DNA of 64,000 nt from Eledone cirrhosa (taxonomy: Eukaryota). The notes under the pieces are model-generated. The model ran no database searches. It worked only from the letters and a program-made list of their open reading frames with translations, and had not been told where the DNA came from. This document shows positions 53,097 through 64,000 of this stretch, one piece after another. Position numbers and translations under genes: made by a program. The stretch spans positions 10,106,001-10,170,000 of the forward strand of contig OZ024751.1 of NCBI GenBank assembly GCA_964016885.1, read 5' to 3'. Each line of letters opens with the position of its first letter. Positions within the stretch are counted from its first letter, which is position 1.

Positions 53097-53676
53097 TCTA
53101 TATATATAAAAGCAAGTCGGTCTATGTGTGTCTGTCTGTGTACAAATACTAGGCTCCTTTTAACTTTTGAAGTACTAGGCCAATTTCAACCAAATTTGGC
53201 ATACGTATTGCTTATATGCCAGAGCAGGTTTTGGACAAAAACAAATTTGAAAAAAATCGATATTGGGGCTGAAAATCAATTTTGTGTGTGTATCTGTCTG
53301 TGTACAAATACTAGGCTCCTTTTAACTTTTGGAGTACTAGGCCGATTTGCTTCAAGAAATATTTCTATGTCCAGTGGATGGTTAACGTGGTTTAGTCTAC
53401 TGAAGGATATATGGTGCGTCTATTCCATCTTTATCCCCTTACTCATACCTAATACAGCAAGGCCAGACCTGAAATCATTCACGTCAATTAACTGAAGCTA
53501 CCCCATGAATTGTTTTTATGTTGCCGTTTATTTCACTCAATCATGTCACTGTACACCCATTTTGTTAAACTTTTTTTTACAATTACATTTCAATTCTTTG
53601 CTCAACCTTTGGCTCTCTTTATATGGACAAACAGGCTGTCATTCATTTCCCGAGCAACGCCGGGTACATCTGCTAG
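53097..53676 (+). mobile_element. Non-autonomous Helitron
   Basis: A|TCTATATATATAAAAGC start; CCCGAGCAACGCCGGG hairpin and CTAG|T end; no TSD; internal ~55-bp duplication (about 53135 and 53295). Confidence 0.85.
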
Positions 53677-53704
53677 TATATATATATATATATATATATA
53701 TATG

Positions 53705-54200
53705 ATCATAGGTAATGGTTGGCATGAAAACCAAATTGAAGATAGCGACTTTGGCTTTTATGCCTACCTTCCTTCTGATTACTGAAGCTGGTACGTTACT
53801 GCACCAGCTTTTGCAATTCTTGCACTTAATTCACCCTCCTCCCTTCCATCACTTGTGAACACGGCCCCGAGATACTTGAACTTCTCTACTTGCTTCAGTG
53901 GAACTCCATTCACATGTAGAGTGCACTGCGCAGATTTGAATCACTCCAAGAAGATAGTAAGAGTTAGAATGTCTCAGAAAAGAATCGCTGGACAGATTTT
54001 ACGGGCAAAACCAACCAGTAGAAAACCCAGGGGTAGATCCCAAGCAAGATGGTTGGATAACATCCATGGGCCTAGCTAGTCAAGCTTAGGGATACAGCTG
54101 GATCAGTTGGAGATGGTTGCTTCTGTCAAGACCTGCTGGGAGGAGTGTTTGAGGGCTCTACCCCCACGACTCTCACAGAAATAAGTGGCAAAGAAGAAGA
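53705..54200. mobile_element. RTE fragment, plus-strand 3' end (53925-54200) preceded by probably inverted LINE sequence
   Basis: RMSQKRIAGQILRAKPTSRKPRGRSQARWLDNI on plus; minus VEKFKYLGAVFTSDGR upstream. Confidence 0.7.
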
Positions 54201-54204
54201 TATA

Positions 54205-54822
54205 TCATCATCATCATCATCACCGTTTAACGTCCATCTTCCACGCTTGCATGGGTTTGGAGGGGAATTTTCCCACTTGAGGCAAGATTGGTTTTCCTGC
54301 TCGTATAGGACTGTCTGGCGGGTTTTCTACAGCTGGATGCCCTTCCTAACACCAACCACGTTTACAGTGTGGACTAGGAGGTTTTTACCGTGTTACCTAC
54401 ACAGCCACATTACAGCGTGGACTGTGTGTTTTTTTGTCGTGACACCTACACGTCTGGCGGGTTTTCTACGGCTGGGTGCCCTTCCCAACACCAACCACGT
54501 TTACAGTGTGGACTGGGAGGTTTTTACTGTGTTACCTACATGGCCACATTACAGCGTGGACTGTGTGTTTTTTGTCGTGACACCTACACGACCTCATTCG
54601 TTTCGGACTGGATGTTGTGGTACCAACATAACTTCACATTTAAGGGGGTGGTGTGGATGGGGTGGGGGTAGTGAGACGGCGGTGTATTTTTGTTAGAGGT
54701 GCCTACTGACTGTAGGTTTCGCTTTCTACCTAGGCAAGGCGGGTCTTCTGTATAACTGTGTAGCACCAAAGATCTCGGTCCAGTGACATTGTCTTGGAGA
54801 GGTGTAAGTGTGTGAGGTCGGA

Positions 54823-54826
<4 letters not shown>
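54205..54826 (-). mobile_element. RTE LINE 3' end with internal duplication
   Basis: Matches 39467-39965; segment 54314-54450 repeats at 54453-54590. Confidence 0.9.
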
Positions 54827-54860
<34 letters not shown>

Positions 54861-54865
<5 letters not shown>

Positions 54866-55210
54866 ATATTAATAAATGGAAACTATATTTATTAAACCAT
54901 ATTTATTTTATTATACATATTTCAAGGGCCACCAAGGCAAATTATTTGTTTTATAAATAAATATTGACATACCCGGAAAAAAAGACAACCTTAATGGTTG
55001 GAGCTTCTGTATTTTATCTGATGAAAGCGCACCATAATTTGCCTTGGTTGCCCTTGAAATATGTATAATAAAAATATGGTTTTATAAATATAGTTTCCAT
55101 TTCTTAATATATTGTGTATTTACTCCACTAATCTGTTAAGTGCTTTATATCAGTTATAAAAAATGTTTAAGCTTGTTGAATCCCAACAAATTAAATATAA
55201 CCTCTGCATA
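54861..55210. mobile_element. Fold-back element P4 (arms 54861-54945 and 55034-55115) plus tail, between (TA)n tracts
   Basis: Inverted arms of about 85 bp; hammerhead related to that in P2. Confidence 0.85.
55012..55073 (+). ncRNA. Minimal type I hammerhead ribozyme motif
   Basis: TTTTAT-CTGATGA(55018-55024)-AAGCGCACCA..TGGTTGCCCTT-GAAA(55056-55059)-T ATGT-ATA-ATAAAA. Confidence 0.85.
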
Positions 55211-55449
55211 TGTATATATAAATATACATATATATATATATATATATAGTGGTGGTAGTAGGTGAAGAGGAAAGGGTGGTGGATGGTATTCCATATGAAA
55301 TATGATTCCAATAGTAATTAATTCCATAGTTTTCTTCTGCGGTTGCTGTTCTGACATAAAGTTGACAAATTATGTTGTCTTACCAGTGTACTTTAAACAT
55401 CCACCACCTTCGATTAACTTGTCAACAGATAGCACTAACCAAGAATTAG

Positions 55450-58400
55450 TGTGTGTGTTTCTATGTGGGGGAATGGGGTGTGTGTGTGTGTTTGTATGTG
55501 AGAGGGTGGAGTGTGTGTGTGTTTGTATGTGAGAGGGTGGAGTGTGTGGGGGAATGGGGTGTGTGTGTGTTTGTATGTGAGAGGGTGGAGTGTGTGGGGG
55601 AATGGGGTGTGTGTGTGTTTGTATGTGAGAGGGTGGAGTGTGTGGGGGAATGGGGTGTGTGTGTTTGTATGTGAGAGGGTGGAGTGTGGGGGGGAATGGG
55701 GTGTGTGTGTGTTTGTATGTGAGAGGGTGGAGTGTGTGGGGGAACGGGGTGTGTGTGTGTTTGTATGTGAGAGGGAGTGGAGTGTGCGTGTGTGTGTGTT
55801 TGTATGTGAGAGGGGTGGAGTGTGTGGGGGAATGGGGGTGTGTGTGTTTGTATGTGAGGGGGGAGAATGTGTGGGTTAATGGGGGTGTGTGCGTTTGGAT
55901 GAGAGGGGGTGGAGTGTGTGGGGGAATGGGGTGTGTGTGTTTGTGAGAGGGGTGGGGTGTGTGGGAGAATGGGGTGTGTGTGTGTTTGTATGTGAGAGGG
56001 GTGGAGTGTGTGGGGGAATGAGGGTGTGTGTGTTTGTATGTGAGGGGGGAGAATGTGTGGGGTAATGGGGGTGTGTGTGTTTGTATGAGAGGGGGTGGAG
56101 TGTGTGGGGGAATGGGGTGTGTGTGTTTGTATGTGAGGGGGTGGAGTGTGTGGGGGAATGGGCGTGTGTGTGTGTTTGTATGTGAGAGGGGTGGAGTGTG
56201 TGGGGGAATGGGTGTGTGTGTGTTTGTATGTGAGAGGGTGGAGTGTGAGGAGGAATGGGGGGGGTGTGTGTTTGTATGTGAGAGGGTGGAGTGTGTGGGG
56301 GAATGGGGTGTGTGTGTGTTTGTATGTGAGAGGGTGGAGTGTGTGGGGGAATGGGGTGTGTGTGTGTTTGTATGTGAGAGGGTGGAGTGTGTGGGGGAAT
56401 GGGGTGTGTGTGTTTGTATGTGAGAGGGTGGAGTGTGTGGAGGAATGGGGGGTGTGTGTGTTTGTATGTGAGAGGGTGGAGTGTGTGGGGGAATGGGGTG
56501 TGTGTGTTTGTATGTGAGAGGGAGTGGAGTGTGCGTGTGTGTGTGTTTGTATGTGAGAGGGGTGGAGTGGGGGAATGGGGGTGTGTGTGTTTGTATGTGA
56601 GGGGGGAGAATGTGTGGGTTAATGGGGGGGGGTGTTTGGATGAGAGGGGGTGGAGTGTGTGGGGGAACGGGGTGTGTGTGTTTGTGAGAGGGTGGGGGGG
56701 GGGGGGGGTTTGTATGTGAGGGGGTGGAGTGTGTGGGGGAATGGGCGTGTGTGTGTGTTTGTATGTGAGAGGGTGGCGTGTGTTGGGGAATGAGGGTGTG
56801 TGTGTTTGTATGTGAGGGGGGAGAATGTGTGGGGTAATGGGGGGGTGTTTGTATGAGAGAGGGTGGAGTGTGTGGGGGAATGGGGTGTGTGTGTTTGTAT
56901 GTGAGAGGGGGTGGAGTGTGTGGGGGAATGGGGTGTGTGTGTGTTTTTATGTGAGAGGGAGTGAGGTGGGGGGGAATGGGCGTGTGTGTGTGTTTGTATG
57001 TGAGAGGGGGTGGAGTGTGTGGGGGAATGGTGTGTGTGTGTGAGTTTGTATGTGAGAGGGGGTGGAGTGTGTGGGGGAATGGGGGTGTGTGTGTTTGTAT
57101 GTGGAGAGGGTGGAGTGTATGGGGGAATGGGGTGTGTGTGTGTTTGTATGTGAGAGGAGGTGGAGTGTGTGGGGGAATGGGGTGTGTGTGCGTTTGTATG
57201 TGAGAGGAGTTGGAGTGTGTGGGGGAATGGGGTGTGTGTGTCTGTATGTGTGAGAGGGGTGGAGTGTGTGGGGAAATGGGGGGGGTTGTATGTGAGAGAG
57301 GGTGGAGTGTGTGGAGGAATGGGGTGTGTGTGTGTTTGTATGTGAGGGGGTGGAGTGTGTGGGGGAATGGGGTGTGTGTTGTATGTGTGAGGGGGGGGGA
57401 ATGGGCTGTGTGTCTATGTGTGAGAGGGGTGGAGTGTGTGGGGGAATGAGGTGTGTGTGTGTTTGTATGTGAGAGAGGGTGGAGTGTGTGGGAGGAATGG
57501 GGGGTGCTTGTATGTTAGGGGGAGAATGTGTGGAGTAATGGGGGTGTGTGTGTTTGTATGAGAGGGGGTGGAGTGTGTGGGGGAAAGGGGTGTGTGTGTT
57601 TGTATGTGAGAGGGGGTTGAGTGTGTGGGGGAATGGGGTGTGTGTGTGTTTGTATGTGAGAGGGGGTGGAGTGTGGGGGAATGGGCGTGTGTGTGTTTGT
57701 ATGTGAGAGGGGTGGAGTGTGTGGGGGAATGGGGTGTGTGTGTGTTTGTATGTGAGAGGGGGTGGAGTGTGTGGGGGAAAAGGGTGTGTGTGTTTGTATG
57801 TGAGAGGGGGTTGAGTGTGTGGGGGAATGGGGTGTGTGTGTGTTTGTATGTGAGAGGGGGTGGAGTGTAGGGGAATGGGCGTGTGTGTGTTTGTATGTGA
57901 GAGGGGTGGAGTGTGTGGGGGAATGGGGTGTGTGTGTGTTTGTATGTGAGAGGGGGTGGAGTGTGTGGGGGAATGGGGTATGTGTGTGTTTGTATGTGAG
58001 AGGGGGTGGTGTGTGTGGGGGAATGGGGGGCGTTTGTATATGTGAGAGGGGGTGGAGTGTGTGGGGGGATGGGGGGTGTTTGTATGTGTGAGAGGGGGTG
58101 GAGTGTGTGAGGGAATGGGCAGTGTGTGAGGGAATGGGCTGTGTGTATGTATGTGTGAGCGGGTGGAGTGTGTGGGGAATGGGGTGTGTGTGCTTGTATG
58201 TGTAAGAGGGGGTGGAGTGTGTGGGGGAATGGCGTGGGTGTGTTTGTATGTGAGAGGGGGTGGAGTATGTGGGGGGGGAAAGGGGTGTGTGTTTGAATGT
58301 GGGGGGTGGGGGTGTATGTGAGAGAGGGTCGAGTGTGTGGGGGAATGGGGTGTATATGTTTGTACGTGAGAGGGGTGGACTGTGTGGGGGAATGGGGGGT

Positions 58401-58700
58401 ATATTTGTATGTGAGAGGGGGTGGAGTGTGTGGGGGAATGGGGTGTATATGTTTGTATGTGAGAGGGGTGGACTGTGTGGGGGAATGGGGGGTATGTTTG
58501 TATGTGAGAGGGGGTGGAGTGTGTGGGGGAATGGGGTGTATATGTTTGGGGCGTATGTGTATGGGGAGATGGTGTATGTGTGTTTGTATGTGTGTATGTG
58601 GAGGTGTGGGTGGGTGTGGGTGTGTGGGTGGAGTGTATGTATGTGGGGTATATGTGTGGAGGGTGTATGTCTATGGGCGGTTTGGTGTATGTGAGCTGGG
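55450..58700. repeat. G/T-rich satellite, ~42-46 bp unit
   Basis: GTGTGTTTGTATGTGAGAGGG(G)TGGAGTGTGTGGGGGAATGGGG repeated, degenerating toward the right. Confidence 0.95.
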
Positions 58701-58829
58701 GTGTGTAGTGCTGGAGAGGTGTATTTCTTGGGGGTGCATTTATGAAATGGTGGTGGTGGTGTGCTGATGGTGGTAGTGGTTAATGTGCCAAAGTCAATAT
58801 TTGTATGTACAAGTGTATATGTGTGCGTG

Positions 58830-58862
<33 letters not shown>

Positions 58863-58996
58863 ACATGTGTGTATATATATCATGATCATCATCACTGTGT
58901 AACGGCCATTTTTCCATATATATATATATATATAAATATATATACATATCTATATACTTATATATATATTTACATATATATATATACATATTTACA

Positions 58997-59048
<52 letters not shown>

Positions 59049-59111
59049 CATATATATATATTTACATATATATATATATACATATATATATATACATATA
59101 TATACATATAT

Positions 59112-61441
59112 TAGGTATAGGATTATCCTAGATGTAGTAATGCTTTCGAACAAGATTTAATGAAAACTACCATGAACATTAAGTTTAACAAACATAGAAA
59201 TAATGAGCTGCAGAGCAACATGAAAGCACTACTCCGAAGACTGCAAAATACCAATGGAATTGTTGTGAAAGCTGACAAGACCTCTAACGTGTCTACCATG
59301 GATATCGATACGTACAATAACTTCATACGCAACGAACTACACAAAAAATAAAGAAAAACAAATGAAACTACGCTAGCAAATATTAATAACGAGGCATACA
59401 AAGTGGTGAAGAATCTCAAGATAGACGATTGAACCGAGCCGATTATACCCGCTACCCCCACCTTCAACCTGAAGGACCATAAGGTAAATTTTGACTCTAA
59501 CCCTAAGATTAGACTTATATGCCCTTCTAAATCAGACATAGGAAAAATTAGCAAACATATACTTGACAGAGTAATAACTCAAGTGAAAAAGAAAATTGAA
59601 ATTAAATTATGGGGCAACACTAGCGAAGCAATTCGCTGGTTTAATAACGTTAAGAATAAGAATAAATCTAAGTTTATACAATTTGACATAGACGAATACT
59701 ACTCTTCAATCTCACCAAGCACTTTACGTAAGGCCCTATCGTTTGCTAAAGTAAATTCCGACCTAACGGAGGACGAAATTAATATTATTCTCTAGGCTAG
59801 AAAAACTATTATCAAGTTTGATAACTGCTACTGGGAACGTAAGGACAGACCCACAAACTTCGACATTACCATGGGTTCCAACGACTCAGCGGAGGTCACG
59901 GATCTTGTGGGAATTTACATAGCCCACATAGTACATAGTAAATTTAGTAATCTACAGGGGGGGGGGTATACAGATATGACGGGCTCTTATTAGTTAATAA
60001 CTTGAATAACCAAAATCTTGAAAGGCTACGGGAAAATATTAGAAAATCTTTTAGTGAACTGGGTCTAAAAATAACATACGAATACAATCTTAAAGTAGTA
60101 AACTTTCTGGACGTAACTCTTAATTTAAATACCGGACAGATACGACCCTTCCATAAGATAAATGAGAACCTTACGTATATCAACTTTAACTCAAACCACC
60201 CACTCTCCATGATCAAATCGGTTCCCCGGAGTATTTCTCTTAGAATCTCTCGCCTATCGTCTAACTCTTATATTTTTAGTGAACACGCTGAATACTATAA
60301 TAATGCATTAAGGAATGCCGACCACCGGGATACAATAGAATACATTGATAGGAATCTCCATAACACACATAGCTCTACACGAAATCAAGGAATACGTAAC
60401 CGGGGGACTAAAATACAAGCGCGCACACACAGTACCACCAGACATACTAATAATAGAAAATCACCACCAAATAAATCACGTTGTAGAAAGTCTATCTGGT
60501 ATAATCCTATTTTTAATGCCTCGATTAGTACAAAACTATCTCTTTCATTCTTTAAGTTAATCAACAAACATTTCCCTAGTTCCCATAAGTACAGTAAAAT
60601 TCTGAACTCTAAAACTATTAGACTATCATACTCCACGGCACCAAACCTTGAAGCATACATAAAAAGCATATATGTTTAAAGCAATTAAACAACACTACAA
60701 AACGAAATATTTTGGTAACAGATGGGCAGAACGTAAAATCTGCCTCCCAACCACTAAATGGGAGACGGGTATTACACAACCCACCTGTACTGCTATCACA
60801 ACCTATCCATGGTATACCCGCTACCCACAACAAAGAATGTAACTGCCATCTACCTGAAAGATGTCCATTGAAGAATGAATGCCTAAAGTCCAACATTGTT
60901 TATCAATGCACGGTTGAATCGAACGACCAGAAATGGTATTATATCGGATCTACCACCACCTCGTTTAAATCTCGCTGGTGCCGTCATCGATTCTCAATCA
61001 AACATCCTGATCACCGTTTTGTGACCACGCTCGCCAACAAGACCTGGCAACTCCGTGAACGCAACCAACAGTTCACCTTAAAATGGGATATACTTTCCAG
61101 CGCAAGTGCATACCAGAGTGGATTGAAGTACTGTAGGTTGTGTAACCTTGAACTCTTTTACATATTAAAATCCAAAAACAAACTACTTAACGATAGAATC
61201 GAACGATCATTATACTGCAACCACAAACTAAAAGCTAAATTCTCTCACTATAAAATAACTTAACATTAGAACCCGTAACTATAACATCGCTTTCTAGCTC
61301 TCTTCCCCCACACTACAAGACAATACACTGCTTATCACTATAAATGGTAACTCAGTGCAATTCGCAGATTACTACTACGAACCCTAAGTTCACCCACCAC
61401 AGTCTTCGTCTGTCCCCTCCTATCTCTCTCTCTACATCCAT

Positions 61442-61490
<49 letters not shown>

Positions 61491-61932
61491 CTTTGGCCTA
61501 CCTCCCTCCCTCTCCACATCTATGAACCTGCCCTCTGGGGCAATAAATAATTCCGACCTTGACTATCAACGCATCTCTCTAAAAGTAACCAGTATAATAA
61601 AACCCCTACCATAACATTTTGATTAAGATATCTACAAACCACTCTCTCCTATTTCTCCAACCCCTGCATATCTTTCTCTCTCTCTACCCTACTTTTCTCT
61701 CTTCCTTTTCTACTCTATCTTCTCCAATAACCCCACTTAAGGGTATTTACATTGTACATTTTAACCATTCTGCTCTGAGGATACAGTGGTCACAGCATTT
61801 GATATTTGAGTTCTGCAAATAGTTGTAAATTTGCACATAGCATAACTAGGCTGTATTACCACCGTGGAAACATTTGTAAGCACACGGAATAAATTAACTT
61901 TTTATGATGTCTACCTGTTATTATTCATTCTT
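59112..61932 (+). mobile_element. Naiad-type Penelope-like element, 5'-truncated pseudogene (RT, Cys-rich linker, GIY-YIG, 3' pLTR)
   Basis: KADKTSN, LKDHK, QFDIDEYYSSI, MGS, YRYDGL, VNFLDVTLNL, WYNP, linker CNCHLPERCPLKNEC (CxCx5Cx5C), NIVYQC..YIGST..FKSRW..H, CRLCNLE; several stops and frameshifts; TA-rich tracts on both sides. Confidence 0.93.
61771..61882 (+). ncRNA. Type I hammerhead ribozyme motif in the Penelope 3' pLTR
   Basis: TGCT-CTGAGGA(61775-61781)-TACAGTGGT..ACCACCGTG-GAAA(61867-61870)-CATTT-GTA-AGCA. Confidence 0.8.
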
Positions 61933-62060
61933 TATATATATACATATATACATATATACATACATATACATATACATATACATACATATACATATATATA
62001 CATATATCTACATATACATATATATACATATACATATATATACATATATATACATTTACA

Positions 62061-62092
<32 letters not shown>

Positions 62093-62201
62093 ATTTAGTA
62101 TATCTACTAACATATGCGTACAGATGTACGCTAATGCCAGCAAATACATAAGTTATGTCATAGTACCTAGGTGGTTCAATGCAGGAGGATGCAGAACAAT
62201 A

Positions 62202-62688
62202 ATATGAAGGACGTAAAATAAGAAAATTTAAAAAAAAGATTTAGTTAGTAGATATACTAAATTCTCTATATTTATCTCCAAATTATTTATTTGTTGAGCA
62301 AACCTGCCAAAACCACTCCTAATTCATCGGTGTGGTAGTAGGCTTCTGTCATCTTACCATCCCACTCCTTCCGACTAGCCTCAGTGTCACGTGATTGATT
62401 CTTTAGAATCTGCCATTTGACCAGAGACAGCGAGCTTTTCAGTGCATGGAATCCAGTCCCCGCTAGCTGTTCCATCTACCGAATTATTATTATTTTTATA
62501 CGAGTCCCCGGTGTCCGCGCATTGCCTGGAGACTTAGCTGAGAATAGACTCCCTGATGACGCAATGAATTCTCGACGGTTGTATTACGTAACTGCCTTTA
62601 TCCCATTGCAGAAACTAATTAGTTGGAGTGAAAATTTTAGTAAGTTAATTTTTTTAATCTTTTTTTTAAATTTTCTTATTTTACGTCC

Positions 62689-62695
<7 letters not shown>
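62202..62695. mobile_element. Element P5 with 40-bp inverted ends and one hammerhead, ending at (TA)n
   Basis: ATATGAAGGACGTAAAATAAGAAAATTTAAAAAAAAGATT (62202-62241) and its reverse complement (62656-62695). Confidence 0.8.
62548..62629 (+). ncRNA. Type I hammerhead ribozyme motif with palindromic stem III
   Basis: ACTCC-CTGATGA(62553-62559)-C GCAATG..CATTGC A-GAAA(62611-62614)-CTAATTA-GTT-GGAGT. Confidence 0.75.
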
Positions 62696-62736
<41 letters not shown>

Positions 62737-62785
62737 CATATATATATATATATTTACATATATATATATACATATATATATATAC

Positions 62786-62836
<51 letters not shown>

Positions 62837-62946
62837 TTTACATATAATTATATATATATAGTTCAAGGAAACGACAAACAGAGGCACAAAAAGTCTTATT
62901 AATTTGACGATTTATATGGAAAAGGGGAAAAAAGTGTATGCATATA

Positions 62947-63000
<54 letters not shown>

Positions 63001-63247
63001 TAGGGTGTGGTAAAATACCAGGTGGACCTTAAGCCACGAGAGTACTTGATACTTAGGGTAGTAGAGTGGGTAATATGAAAAGATTCAGGACCCCGATGGC
63101 TGAGCTCCAGCTGTTTCGACAGCTAGAGAGATGTGAGGAAAAGTACTTAATATGGAAGCAGAGTTCGAATATCCATTTATTATGGCTAATAGGTAAAACT
63201 TCAGAGTAACAAAGCTCACAGCTTTGTCATAATAAATGAATATTTAA

Positions 63248-63470
63248 CCCTTTAGCATTTAAACCAGCCGTATCTGGCCAGAATTCTCTCATCTCTTTCT
63301 GTTGAAACTGGCCGTAACACGCCACTCATACTGATGTTAAGGTATTGATCTCAAAATAAATAACATCAAAATCTCATAGATTCAATATTATGTGAAATAA
63401 TTTTGTGAGATAAAGCCTTTACCATGAAAATATAATAGTATATATAGAATATATTTAGAGTACTAAAGGG
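63248..63470. mobile_element. piggyBac-type MITE, uninterrupted copy
   Basis: TTAA|CCCTTTAGCA ... TACTAAAGGG|TTAA. Confidence 0.9.
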
Positions 63471-63604
63471 TTAAAATGTACTTCGATATCAAGTACTTTT
63501 TCTCACATCTGTTAATAACACATGTGTGTGTGTCTAGGTGTGTGTGTATATATATATATATATATATGTAGGTATGTGTGTGTGTGTGCGTATGTGTATA
63601 TATA

Positions 63605-63704
63605 CAGCGTGTCCCGAAAAATGTATACACACTTCAACAGCGTTTTAATAAATATTACTTGTACAGGTAATCAAAGTGTGTATACAGTTTTGTGGGACAC
63701 CCTG
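63605..63704. mobile_element. Tc1/mariner-type MITE, 100 bp
   Basis: TA|CAGCGTGTCCCGAAAAATGTATACACACTT ... AAGTGTGTATACAGTTTTGTGGGACACCCTG|TA. Confidence 0.85.
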
Positions 63705-63709
63705 TATAT

Positions 63710-64000
63710 ATCATCATCATCACCGTTTTACGTCCATTCTTCCACGCTAGCATGGGTTAGACGGGTTGTCCTGTTGTGGGCAGTGTCCAGTCAGCTGACC
63801 TTGTCTTGCTCATACAGGAACTGATTCTGGCTTGATTTCTACAGCTGGATGCCCTTCCTAACACCAACCTCATTTACAATGAGTGCTGGGTGCTTTTTTT
63901 TCCGTGGCACCTACACATCCACTTTACAGTGTGGGCTGGGTTCTTTTTTGCCATGGCACCTCCACAACCACTTTGCAGTGGAATGATAGGGACCCCAGTC
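63710..64000 (-). mobile_element. SINE family B 3' part, cut by window end
   Basis: Matches 38265-38445 and the RTE-type tail. Confidence 0.8.

Noticed and set aside
59112-61263. Selenocysteine recoding, known in some Naiads
   Set aside because: Conserved Cys positions use TGT/TGC; the in-frame TGA near 59429 aligns with Arg (NNRIE in the other copy) and fits CGA decay; other stops are TAA/TAG
62287-62475. 62-aa minus-strand ORF as an exon
   Set aside because: Lies inside element P5, ends in a stop, no recognised similarity
63095-63210. Minus-strand hammerhead (CTGAAGT..GAAACAGCTGGA)
   Set aside because: Core and cleavage triplet are non-canonical and stems I and II do not pair convincingly

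Overview
Repeat-dominated, AT-rich animal genomic DNA, most likely octopus (coleoid cephalopod; inferred from the SINE and LINE families and the microsatellite load). Almost all long ORFs in the track are artefacts of simple repeats. The only host gene I can support is on the minus strand: three spliceable terminal exons (28202-27997, 13733-13641, 11729-11311) encoding the C-terminal WD40-like region of an LRRK1/Lrrk-type kinase. The rest is intron or flank containing tRNA-derived SINEs, RTE LINEs (two long copies with a PHD finger inside the RT), a CR1/L2-group LINE, R4/Dong-like and CRE-like fragments, two Naiad-type Penelope elements, piggyBac and Tc1/mariner MITEs, two non-autonomous Helitrons and several satellites. 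The main hidden signal is a set of minimal type I hammerhead ribozyme motifs (stem I-CTGANGA-stem II-GAAA-short stem III-NTH-stem I). They occur at the 3' ends of both Penelope elements and also inside five ORF-less fold-back elements of 250-500 bp (19.7, 36.5, 52.7, 54.9 and 62.2 kb), mostly abutting (TA)n tracts. These look like a family of palindromic ribozyme-bearing non-autonomous retroelements. All structures were paired by eye; no folding or database search was run.
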